This document shows positions 10,942 through 19,981 of a DNA stretch of 64,000 nt, one piece after another. Both the position numbers and the translations under genes were made by a program. Source of the stretch: Candidatus Freyarchaeum deiterrae (GTDB lineage Archaea > Asgardarchaeota > Jordiarchaeia > Jordiarchaeales > Jordiarchaeaceae); contig CP147778.1 in NCBI GenBank assembly GCA_037305845.1, positions 1,504,001 to 1,568,000 of the forward strand, written 5' to 3'. The notes under the pieces are model-generated. The model was not told where the DNA came from, ran no database searches, and saw only the letters and a program-made list of their open reading frames with translations. Position 1 is the stretch's first letter. Each line of letters opens with the position of its first letter.

Positions 10942-11748
10942 CTACACTATTAGCTTCAATATCTTTTCGTGCAATATGCTATTTCCCGCTGCTACCAAAT
11001 TTTGTTTTCCGGTTAAGTCGATTTTGCCCTCAATCGGATTACCCTTATCATCTGAAATGATTCCACCTGCCTCCTCTATAATAAGCTTCGCAGAAGCAAA
11101 GTTTTCAGGGCTTAAAATATTTCTCAAGTCTAGAAAGGCTTCGTAACCACCTGAGGAAACATAGGAAAGTTCAAGGGAGTTTGATCCAATTTTTCGAATC
11201 TTTTTTACCCTTCTCAACAGGGGGATCACTTTATCCAAATCCGATTTATCTGGGAAATCCAAGTCGACTCCGACTATAGCCTCCTGCAGTTCTTTAGTTT
11301 GGGAAGGAGTTACTCTCAATCCGTCAAGAAAGGCACCTTTACCTTTGATAGCGTAGTAAGTCTTTCCAGATATTATATCCTTGACTATGGCGATTTCAAC
11401 TTCCTCAAAATAGGGCGAAGGAGCAACGGCTATGGAGATAGCGCTAAGCCCAATTCCTCTTGAAAAATTTGAGCTCCCATCGCACGGGTCAATTATTATG
11501 TATACATCTTCTCCCTCTTTAACAACTCCGGCTTCTTCGGCTAAGAAAGTAATGTTTCCGTAAATTTTCCTTATCTCAGACATAATGAAGTCTTCAGAAG
11601 ATTTGTCAAAACCCCTAGTAATATCACCCTTAACATTTAAACCTAAAAGCTCATTCGATCCAGAGCCTTCCTTAAGAAGCTTAACCCGAGCCCTTTCAGC
11701 CACACCCAATAACAACTTAAGATAATCATTTTTACGCACGCTAAACAC
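10942..11748 (-). CDS. Inositol monophosphatase / fructose-1,6-bisphosphatase family
   Basis: LAEEAG, IIDPCDGSSNF, GKGAFLDG, LIIEEAGG. Confidence 0.88.
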   Translation of the reverse strand: MFSVRKNDYLKLLLGVAERARVKLLKEGSGSNELLGLNVKGDITRGFDKSSEDFIMSEIRKIYGNITFLAEEAGVVKEGEDVYIIIDPCDGSSNFSRGIGLSAISIAVAPSPYFEEVEIAIVKDIISGKTYYAIKGKGAFLDGLRVTPSQTKELQEAIVGVDLDFPDKSDLDKVIPLLRRVKKIRKIGSNSLELSYVSSGGYEAFLDLRNILSPENFASAKLIIEEAGGIISDDKGNPIEGKIDLTGKQNLVAAGNSILHEKILKLIV

Positions 11749-11934
11749 CCTTGAAAGAATATAGTATTTTAGCTACTCAAATCAGTTTTGGGACTTTTAA
11801 TGGAGTTCTCGAAGCCCACAAATCAAAAATTCATTTAACTGTCTTCCAAAGTGAAAAAAATTAAACATAAAAATTAGATAGGGAGGGATGGATGCTCTAA
11901 GCTAGAGATGATAGTAGGAGTGGAGAAAAAACCG

Positions 11935-12657
11935 TTAAATATACATGTCTTCTCGCGGTTCTCGTCTCTGAAATTCTTCTTGTTGTTTGAGTATTTTCCC
12001 AACTTCTTCTTCTATCTCATGTGCATCTCTAATTAGTTCTGTGGTGGATACCGATAATCCGTAAAGGGCATTAATCTTCTCGATGACAACAGCAGCTGCT
12101 CTGGGGTCGGGTCTTCCTCTTTGAGCAAAGGGGAGAATGGAAAGGGCAGGAAAGTTTCCGATTTCTAGGTAAATCAACATTAATGCCAAAGGACCGAAAA
12201 CATTTAACCCCTCCTCAAGTAGAACGAAATTATTTTCTTGGGCCTTTTTAAGCATCGCTCCAGTGGGAACTACCCTAAATTCAGCCTCTCCCACCTTAAA
12301 CTGGTTATCTAATCCTCCTACTAAAACAGCTTCGCTGAATTTGTTTTCAATTAACCATTGGGTTATGGTTTGCGCAAATCGTCTCTGTTCCGCACGGTAA
12401 GGAATAACCCGTGGAAAAAGAATAACTAAATTACCACTTTTAAAAAGTTCAAAGGGGAGAGTTAATCGGGAATTCTCCAAACCGGTTAGTTGTGGTAAAA
12501 GTGTGGTGTCTATAAAGCCTATCCGCTCAGCTTGTAGAGTTTTAATTAAATGTCTTACTGCGATATATCCAGTTTCGCCAATGGCACTATGAAAACCAGT
12601 TATAAAAATACAGTCTTTAAGGTCAATATTCTCTTTGACTTTAATTTCAATACTCAA
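11935..12657 (-). CDS. PAC2-family proteasome assembly chaperone
   Basis: FITGF..GETGYIA, LVGGLD, GPLALML, RPDPRAAA, C-terminal MYI (HbYX-like). Confidence 0.8.
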   Translation of the reverse strand: MSIEIKVKENIDLKDCIFITGFHSAIGETGYIAVRHLIKTLQAERIGFIDTTLLPQLTGLENSRLTLPFELFKSGNLVILFPRVIPYRAEQRRFAQTITQWLIENKFSEAVLVGGLDNQFKVGEAEFRVVPTGAMLKKAQENNFVLLEEGLNVFGPLALMLIYLEIGNFPALSILPFAQRGRPDPRAAAVVIEKINALYGLSVSTTELIRDAHEIEEEVGKILKQQEEFQRREPREDMYI

Positions 12658-13084
12658 TACACGTCACCTCTCACACAACACAAATCATAAAAAGTGATCA
12701 GAACAAATTTTTCCGATTTAAACAATTCATTATATCAAAGTGGAAATGTCAGCAATAATTTGAATTAGTATTTTTTGAGTGAAGTAGACAATAATAATCA
12801 AACAATGGGAATCATGGAAATAAAGTTTTTTAAATTTTAAAAAATTTTTCCCACGGAATGTTTTTATAGTTCTCTGAGAATTGTAAAAACATTAAGAAGA
12901 AAACCGTGTTTCTTTATTTATTATTCACCAGCCTTTTTGTTTAAGATATAATGAAAGGTTTGGATATCAGTTGTTTCTCTATCATTCAGAGACTCGGAGA
13001 AATGACCAACTTACATAAGGAACATGCAATCTTCTATTGATAAATCTAAGTTATACTAACAAGTAGCATACGGAGGTTACTTTA

Positions 13085-14350
13085 ATGCAAATTACTTTTT
13101 TAGGCGGATGCCAAGCGGTAGGTGGCTCCGGGATTTTTGTGTCTGCTGGTGAAACTCAAATTCTTGCGGATTATGGAATTTATATGAACCGCCGCAATGA
13201 ACCAAGATTTCCGCTTCCCCCACCAGAAGAAGTGGACGCCGCGTTCATGACGCATGCACACTTGGACCATTCTGGAGCGTTCCCTCAACTCTACTCTAAT
13301 TCTGATGATTTTCCGCTTTATTTGACAGCGCCCACACGCGATCTTGTTAATCTTCTTTATGATGACATGTTTAAATTGGAGAAATTTCCTTTTGGTAAAG
13401 AAGAGAAAAGAAGAACTTTGAAGAATAGCATTCCAGTAAATTATGGGCAACAGATTTCCCTTAACCATGATTGTAAAATCACCTTTTTGAATGCAGGACA
13501 TATTCCGGGAAGTTACTCTTTGTTAATAGAGGCGGAAGGAAAAAGACTGCTTTATACATCCGACTTTAATACAGTTACAACCCAGTTATTAGAAGGAGCA
13601 AAATTTGACAATTTAAAACTAGACGCCGTAATATTAGAGAGCACCTACGCGCTTGAAACCCATCCCGATAGAACGGCTACGGAGAAACAGTTTATACGAA
13701 CTGTTCATGACACCTTAGATAACGGTGGATCGGTTTTGATACCAGCGTTTGCGGTGGCGCGTTCTCAAGAAATATTATGTCTTCTTTATAGGAATTATAG
13801 GGATTACCCAATCACACTGGACGGTATGGCTAGGGGTGCGAGTAGAGCGATTAGTCAATATCCAGAATTCGTTAGAGATTACGGACTCTTACTAAAATCA
13901 CTTAGCTCATGCCGATGGGTAAAAAATGATAGTGACAGGATTAAAGCAATTTTTAGCCAAGGAATTATAGTGTCTCCCGCAGGCATGATGAGAGGCGGAC
14001 CAGTAGATCACTATATGAAGATATTGGCTGAAGATCCAGATAACGCGGTACTCCTAGTGAGTTTTCAGATTCCAGGAACACCCGGGCGAACACTAGTAGA
14101 GACTGGGCAATATTTTATGGATGGAAAAATGAGTAAGGTAAATGCGCATGTTAAAAGCTTTAACTTTTCATCACACTCGGATAGACCTCAACTATTTCAC
14201 ACAATTGAGAAACTAAAGCAGAACTCGGAAACTACTGTTTTCCTGGTTCATGGTGAGAAGAAAGTGTGTACTACCTTTAGGGATGATGTAGAAGCAGAAT
14301 TCAAATTACCAACCTTCTGCCCAAAAAATGGGGAGGCATTCATAATTTAA
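13085..14350 (+). CDS. Metallo-beta-lactamase / beta-CASP ribonuclease (aCPSF2-like)
   Basis: THAHLDHSG, AGHIPGS, YTSDF, ESTY, PAFAVARSQE, FSSHSD, LVHGE. No KH domains. Confidence 0.88.
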   Translation: MQITFLGGCQAVGGSGIFVSAGETQILADYGIYMNRRNEPRFPLPPPEEVDAAFMTHAHLDHSGAFPQLYSNSDDFPLYLTAPTRDLVNLLYDDMFKLEKFPFGKEEKRRTLKNSIPVNYGQQISLNHDCKITFLNAGHIPGSYSLLIEAEGKRLLYTSDFNTVTTQLLEGAKFDNLKLDAVILESTYALETHPDRTATEKQFIRTVHDTLDNGGSVLIPAFAVARSQEILCLLYRNYRDYPITLDGMARGASRAISQYPEFVRDYGLLLKSLSSCRWVKNDSDRIKAIFSQGIIVSPAGMMRGGPVDHYMKILAEDPDNAVLLVSFQIPGTPGRTLVETGQYFMDGKMSKVNAHVKSFNFSSHSDRPQLFHTIEKLKQNSETTVFLVHGEKKVCTTFRDDVEAEFKLPTFCPKNGEAFII

Positions 14351-14397
14351 ATGCTAAATTAAGATGAAAAAGATTGTTTAAAGAATAGTTGGGAAGC

Positions 14398-14613
14398 TTA
14401 GCGAGGTTTTATTTTTCTCGCTTCTCTCTCTGTTTCCCTGAGCATTAGTATGTCTCCCTTTTTTACGGGGCCCTTAACGTTGCGTGTAAGAATACGCCCT
14501 TTATCCCGCCCTTCAAGAATGCGAACCTTCACCTGTATTATTTCTCCAGTTACCCCTGTACGGGCAACCACACTTATCACTTCTGAAGGAATAGATTGAT
14601 CTTCTGTGCTCAT
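14398..14613 (-). CDS. rps28e: Ribosomal protein eS28
   Basis: [38 protein letters not shown]. Confidence 0.95.
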   Translation of the reverse strand: MSTEDQSIPSEVISVVARTGVTGEIIQVKVRILEGRDKGRILTRNVKGPVKKGDILMLRETEREARKIKPR

Positions 14614-14798
14614 GTCTATCATACTCCAAAATTTTCACTAAAAGAGGAGAATAAGTAAAAGCTTTAAAACTTTCGCTAAACATAGTTTACTAACGTTGAG
14701 AACCTTATTTTATCAAAATTCATTAGCTTAGAGGTAGAAAGATTCTTATATTCTGATAAGTAAAGGATTCGCGCATAATTCATATAAGGCGACCGAAG

Positions 14799-14981
14799 AT
14801 GGTGAGAAAGTATAACTGCGCATTCTGCGGAGAGGAAATTGAAACTGGAACAGGCTCACAATATATTCGTAGAGACGGCTCATCGCTCTACTTTTGCTCT
14901 AGCAAATGCAAAAAGAACCTACTAGTTCTGAAAAGAAAACCACGAAAATTCAAATGGTCCAAGCTTTATGAAAAACAATAA
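14799..14981 (+). CDS. rpl24e: Ribosomal protein eL24
   Basis: CAFCG..I..GTG..YIRRDG....FCSSKC...KRKPRK.KW. Confidence 0.95.
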   Translation: MVRKYNCAFCGEEIETGTGSQYIRRDGSSLYFCSSKCKKNLLVLKRKPRKFKWSKLYEKQ

Positions 14982-15053
14982 AAAATTAGTACCTACTTTT
15001 TGAAAGATATTTCGAACTATTAAGTTGAGGATAAGAAAAATAGTTGTGATTGG

Positions 15054-15704
15054 TTAGGTCTCCAAAACTGCTGCCGCAATAGCATCTTCGAGACCAGTTA
15101 GTTGTTTTTTATTAGAGTAGGGATTCTCAGCAAGTAGATAGTCTCTTATTTGCTGCCTAACGGTTTTCACGAGACTGTGATCCTCTGAAAGTTTTTTGCA
15201 AGCTTCTCTAAGTTTAGAAGTTAATTCTATGTTAATTTTTGGAGCCCATTCAGAAATATATTTCTCAGTGTTTTCGTATCCATCACTTTTGGCTAGTGAT
15301 GTTTTACTTCTCCAGAGTTTTATTTCACGTTTTGCGCTTTCACCAGAGTCTGAAGCGTGAATTACATTGATTCCGCCCCAAATTCCGTATTTTCCCCTAA
15401 TTGTGTCAGCATCTGCTTTGTTAGCCATGGTGGCTCCCGCCATATCGCGAATCGTTCGAATGATTCCACTTCCAGTAACGACCATTGCCACAATGGGGCA
15501 TAGTGTTATGTATGCTTTCAAGCTGGGGAAAAAGGGCTTATCCTTATGCTCTGCGTAATGTTTTTCCCCAAGATCTTCAGAGACCTGAAGCTCTAGGAAG
15601 TTTTCAATTCCAAAACCTTTCTCTAAAAAGTTTTCCAAGACACGGACGCCGACAACTCGTCTGAGCACCGCATCAGGTTTCAAAAGAACTAAACTTTGCT
15701 CCAT
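15054..15704 (-). CDS. ndk: Nucleoside diphosphate kinase with C-terminal extension
   Basis: SLVLLKPDAV, HYAEHKDKPFF, TIRGKYG, NVIHASDS. Confidence 0.9.
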   Translation of the reverse strand: MEQSLVLLKPDAVLRRVVGVRVLENFLEKGFGIENFLELQVSEDLGEKHYAEHKDKPFFPSLKAYITLCPIVAMVVTGSGIIRTIRDMAGATMANKADADTIRGKYGIWGGINVIHASDSGESAKREIKLWRSKTSLAKSDGYENTEKYISEWAPKINIELTSKLREACKKLSEDHSLVKTVRQQIRDYLLAENPYSNKKQLTGLEDAIAAAVLET

Positions 15705-15865
15705 AAGACATACCTCAAAAAGGAAACTGAAACATAATCAGTTTTTAGTTTTTGTTAGCTTCCAACACTTTGGAAATATGGAAATTTAAGTATTATTCAG
15801 AATATTCAAAATTCTCAATTGGATTTAACAGAGTTTTCATATAGTTCTAGTTTCATGTCTAATAC

Positions 15866-16204
15866 TCATAAAAAACGTTTCCCCGCAATGTAGGTATAGG
15901 CCTCAATATTCCCTTGATTTGTTGAAACCTTAACCCTAATTCGTTTATACAAACCCGAATTGACCCCTTCATACCTATCAAGAATTTTAAAGGAATCCTC
16001 GTCTAAACCCTTTATTAGCATCCCCTCAACCGCACAACCATCATGAGGTATAATATAATTATAGGGAAAAAGCTCACTTGGATTAATTTTTTCAAAACCG
16101 TGAAGTTTTGCCGGCAAATAAGTTAAGCCTTTTCCAACGAGATTTTCGGTAAACTCTTGATCTAATAGAGTACCATAAACGAATAAGCAAATTTGGCTAT
16201 CCAT
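15866..16204 (-). CDS. Gamma-glutamylcyclotransferase / AIG2-like protein
   Basis: LFVYGTL, VEG, LDRYEG, YKR...V, AYTY. Confidence 0.85.
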   Translation of the reverse strand: MDSQICLFVYGTLLDQEFTENLVGKGLTYLPAKLHGFEKINPSELFPYNYIIPHDGCAVEGMLIKGLDEDSFKILDRYEGVNSGLYKRIRVKVSTNQGNIEAYTYIAGKRFL

Positions 16205-16388
16205 CGAATATCAACCAATTTTCGTTACTTATTAAATGGAGATCATTAGACGTCAGAAAGCATAATCTCATAATTTGAACCTTTTCTCTTAACAATAATT
16301 GGTTTCTATGTGTTAAATAACTCTTTAAAATGTCCTCTCAAAATATTAACAAATAAATATAACTTGCTTCTCTAAATATTTGAGGTGG

Positions 16389-16544
16389 ATGAATTTGGAA
16401 GTTAAAGTAACTATAGACGGGAAAAAGATTGAAATGAACGAGTATGTAACAACTGTCTTTTTCGAAGTATGTGCTGGCTTATTAAGAACGCTCAGAGGAG
16501 TAAAAGAAGATTGGAAGGGGCTTGATATTCAAATTAAAAAGTGA
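16389..16544 (+). CDS. 51-aa protein resembling a stand-alone MobB C-terminal domain (not in ORF track)
   Basis: GAGGTG RBS, then MNLEVKVTIDGKKIEMNEYVTTVFFEVCAGLLRTLRGVKEDWKGLDIQIKK. The pattern matches my recollection of the archaeal MobB tail. Confidence 0.6.
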   Translation: MNLEVKVTIDGKKIEMNEYVTTVFFEVCAGLLRTLRGVKEDWKGLDIQIKK

Positions 16545-16671
16545 AACTAAATTAAAAATGTTATCCAAAAAAGCTGAGGTTCAACCCAAAAATAAGTTCT
16601 TATATTCCACTCTTTGTTCTTTTAGAAGTTTCTTTTGTTTCGTTTAGTTTTTACCATTTTTAAACACTAAT

Positions 16672-17619
16672 TTACGCGTCTTTTACACCGTCTTCTTCTA
16701 TAGCGAAGACTACTTCAGCTTCGGGTAAGTATGGGCTGTCGACCAGACGAGCTATTCGCTGATTTCCTCTGCTTTTTCGGAGATAAATTCTAGTGGTAGA
16801 ATTGTGAGCAACTATATGCCCACCAACGGGTTCTGTCGGGTCTCCAAAGAAAGCGTCTGGTTTTGCCATAACTTGATTCGAAATAACCACAGCCAAGTTA
16901 TATAGTTCGGCTAATCTTAACAATGTGTGAAGATGCTTGTTTAGTTTTTGTTGGCGTTCCGCTAGCATACCACGCCCTATGTACTCTGCTCTAAAGTAGC
17001 CGATAATGCTGTCCACGATAATTAGTTTAACATTTTTGCCTTTTTCAATAAGCTCACCTATATTCTGGGAGAGATAAAGTTGGTGATCTGAGTTATAGGC
17101 TCTAGCAAAAACTATGTTTTTTAAAACTTCTTTGGGTTCTAGTGTAAATCTCTCAGAGATAGGAATCAAGCGTTCAGGTCTAAAAGTCCCTTCAGTATCG
17201 ATGTAAACTGCCACCCCGCCTAATCCTCCCAATTCTTCAGGTAGTTGGACCGTTACGGAGAGTTGATGGCATATCTGAGTTTTACCCGTTCGGAACTCTC
17301 CGAAAAATTCTGTAATCCCTTTGGCTTCGACTCCTCCGCCCAGTAATTGATCCAGATTCTTGGTGCCTGTTGTAATTTGAGATAATTTCCTTCTTTGGTT
17401 TAAGAATTCCTGAGCGGATATGAATCCAATATTCAATTGCTCCCTCGCTGCTTCAATGATTCTTGTGGCAGTTGACTCACCAATATCCGCTGCTTTGGCT
17501 AATTCCTTTGGCGTGGCAACAGCTACAGCTTCGGGAGTTTTAAAACCTCCCTCACTTAACTTTTTGGAGATAGCGGGGCCTACTCCCGGAAGATCTTGTA
17601 ACGACATTAAACTACTCAA
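16672..17619 (-). CDS. radA: DNA recombinase RadA
   Basis: HhH LPGVGP; Walker A GEFRTGKTQ; IDTEGTFRPER; GRGMLAERQQ; PVGGHIVAH. Confidence 0.97.
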   Translation of the reverse strand: MSSLMSLQDLPGVGPAISKKLSEGGFKTPEAVAVATPKELAKAADIGESTATRIIEAAREQLNIGFISAQEFLNQRRKLSQITTGTKNLDQLLGGGVEAKGITEFFGEFRTGKTQICHQLSVTVQLPEELGGLGGVAVYIDTEGTFRPERLIPISERFTLEPKEVLKNIVFARAYNSDHQLYLSQNIGELIEKGKNVKLIIVDSIIGYFRAEYIGRGMLAERQQKLNKHLHTLLRLAELYNLAVVISNQVMAKPDAFFGDPTEPVGGHIVAHNSTTRIYLRKSRGNQRIARLVDSPYLPEAEVVFAIEEDGVKDA

Positions 17620-17669
17620 TCAAACCATTCTCCAGAATAAAGGTTTAGAATATAATTAGATGGGGGGTT

Positions 17670-17868
17670 TAGAGAGGACGTTCAAACTGCTTTTTTCAAG
17701 CAGAGCATGAAAAGCGGCCTACAGGTGGAGGATGCGGTAGCCCCATACTAAATGGGGGCTCAGCGGTCAGAGAAGTTGAGAGACTTGAAAATTTGATCTT
17801 TGGATGTTATTAGGGGTGGTCATTATAGCTCTCTTCTCTGAACCGCATCAAACTAAACGTCCTCTCTA
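17670..17868. ncRNA. Unidentified ~200-nt structured element upstream of radA
   Basis: 13-bp terminal inverted repeat TAGAGAGGACGTT/AACGTCCTCTCTA enclosing several nested hairpins. No ORF and no recognised RNA family. Confidence 0.45.
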
Positions 17869-18259
17869 TGGGAGGTGTATTATAATTTTATTATTGGTTA
17901 TCAGGTTAATAACCACGTGTGTAAGTGTTATTTCCAGTATTTCCAGTGTTACCACAAAAAGTATTGGAGACGCATAAAGGGTTATTCTTTCTAGGGAGAC
18001 GCATTTTCGCGTGAAGCGTTCTCATTCGGAGAGTTGACGGCCTCTGTCCCATCTGGTCTGGCGACACCAGTAATTAAATTAAAAAAATGTTTAGAAATTA
18101 GAGTTTAGATTCTTAAATTTCAACCAACATTAAATTTATTTAACGAGCATAAATCATAAATGGGATATTAACTATAAAATTAGCAATGAGTGCTAAAAAC
18201 TGACGAAGAGTAATAGGAGTTATGGTATCGAAAAATACTTCCTAGGAGGGCGAAGGAGT

Positions 18260-18556
18260 TTGTCTTCCAATATGGAAAAGGAAAAATATTTGAAAAATTT
18301 ACTTAAGGACTGGGTTGAGAAAGGGGTAAAGGCCAAAACTAAGGATAATAAAGATTTAAACATTGATATTGTATCTAGTGCTGTTAAGGCAGCAATTTCT
18401 CAAAAGGAGATTAACGATTTAGAACTTAAAAAAATTATAAACAATGTCCGTGATGAAGAGGTGATAGCCTATGTTAATTGGGAAGGATTTGAAGACCGTC
18501 AGAAAAGGTTTAATGCGTTAAAAAGCAAGTTAAAGGAATTGAATTTACAAATCTAA
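18260..18556 (+). CDS. Hypothetical protein (98 aa)
   Basis: GGAG RBS-like site upstream; charged, helical-looking ORF; no motif recognised. Confidence 0.55.
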   Translation: MSSNMEKEKYLKNLLKDWVEKGVKAKTKDNKDLNIDIVSSAVKAAISQKEINDLELKKIINNVRDEEVIAYVNWEGFEDRQKRFNALKSKLKELNLQI

Positions 18557-18612
18557 ATCCTAGGTCGAATATCTCCTGCGTGTCTAAATAAATCTTGAAT
18601 TTTTGTTGTTTT

Positions 18613-19044
18613 TCAGCCCCTTTGGTAGACTCGTATGTATGGTCCTGGTGTAACCAGTATGTATTCGTTTCCTAGTTGAGCTATGTCTCCTTCTATTTGA
18701 CGGCAAATGCCTCTCAACTGATCTACTGCTCTTTTGAGTTCGTTGTTCGATTGCCCTCTCTGGATGAATTGTCTTATATGTATTAGAATTATGTTTCCCG
18801 ACTTTAGCTCCTCTGCTATTCTCGGAATATCTGATAGTGTTAAAAGCGGAATGGACTTTATGTAAACTACACCCGAATCAACCACTTCTTGGGGGATTTG
18901 CTCTGTTTTGGCCCCCTCATCGAAGACGCCCAGTTTCGATAAATACTCTTCGGTACCTAATGAGACGCCGTTATCATTGTCCAAGTTTAGAGTTTCTTCT
19001 CTTTTCGCTTTAACTCTTTTAAGGAACGCCATTTTTACCGCCAA
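18613..19044 (-). CDS. sepF: Cell-division protein SepF
   Basis: N-terminal amphipathic MAFLKRVK; core EELKSGNIILI..ELKRAVDQLRGICRQIEGDIAQLGNEYILVTP. Confidence 0.88.
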   Translation of the reverse strand: MAVKMAFLKRVKAKREETLNLDNDNGVSLGTEEYLSKLGVFDEGAKTEQIPQEVVDSGVVYIKSIPLLTLSDIPRIAEELKSGNIILIHIRQFIQRGQSNNELKRAVDQLRGICRQIEGDIAQLGNEYILVTPGPYIRVYQRG

Positions 19045-19211
19045 CTTATATTTTATAGTAGCTATTTCCTAATAGATTAAAGAAAGTAAGCCCCACGGAA
19101 TACATTTATAAATTTATTTGATTTTCACCATTTTTCCACAAGGGAGCTACAGGCTTGCTGTAGGTTCTTGGCGTCTAAAAATGTTTATATTACATTTTTA
19201 AAAAGCGAAAT

Positions 19212-19958
19212 TTAAATCTTGATTTTTATCATTTCGTGTTTTTTACCCATCCATTCAGCTAAGTTTTTTTCAACCATAATTTTCATAATCTCTTTCATGT
19301 CCTCTGGTGGTAAACTGCTGAACTCTTCTTTTTCATCCATTATCTCAAACAAGGTGAAATCGATATGCCCAGTTTTCATCGCCCAACGGTAGATGACTTC
19401 ACACCAGTCTTCGAGAGAACGCCAGTAAATTCTTACTAATGTCTTATCTTTATCCGACCACTTTATAGAACTCTTCGAACTCATATACTCTAGAATGTCT
19501 CTTAATGTAATCTCGGATAGTTTGTCGAACGGATTTTTCTGCATCAGTTCAGCTACACTAATCAAGTGTATTATCAGAAATTTTGCCCATTTTAACATGT
19601 AATTAGACCAATCGCTTCTCCAAGACTCTAAGAATTTGGTATTTTCAGGTTTAATATACATCCAGGGTAAGTTTACCCACTCAGGTGGAGGAGCCTTCCT
19701 TTCCATAACCTGTTGAGAACTATTTATAATAAGATCTTGAGACGTGCTGTAGGATTTGTTTAGTACACCCATTGCTGAGCTCTTTATGATTTGTAGTTCC
19801 ATTTTTAACCGCTCAATCTCTTCCCTTAGCATTTGAATCTTAAGCGCGTTTAATTCTGAAGCATCAAGCGACTCATCTATTTCTGTTTCGTCCGCTTCCG
19901 AAATATTCGGCTCTTTTGTAGTTTTTCCTTTTACGCGTTCCTTCTGTTTTTCCGACAT
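19212..19958 (-). CDS. ESCRT-II Vps25 (EAP20)-like winged-helix protein with acidic/coiled-coil N-terminal extension
   Basis: PWMYIKP..ESWRSDW and IYWRSLEDWCEVIYRWAMKTG..FTLFEI parallel the eukaryotic Vps25 pattern WRxPEEWxxxIYxW...FTLYEL. Confidence 0.8.
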   Translation of the reverse strand: MSEKQKERVKGKTTKEPNISEADETEIDESLDASELNALKIQMLREEIERLKMELQIIKSSAMGVLNKSYSTSQDLIINSSQQVMERKAPPPEWVNLPWMYIKPENTKFLESWRSDWSNYMLKWAKFLIIHLISVAELMQKNPFDKLSEITLRDILEYMSSKSSIKWSDKDKTLVRIYWRSLEDWCEVIYRWAMKTGHIDFTLFEIMDEKEEFSSLPPEDMKEIMKIMVEKNLAEWMGKKHEMIKIKI

Positions 19959-19981
19959 TGTTATCCCAAGACCCGTAGAGT

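Noticed and set aside
1286-17619. Inteins in polB, nrdJ or radA
   Set aside because: Protein lengths are normal and the conserved motifs are contiguous.
17930-17955. TTTCCAGT repeats as ORB (replication origin) boxes
   Set aside because: They lack the GGAAA half-site and G-string, and no cdc6/orc1 gene is nearby.
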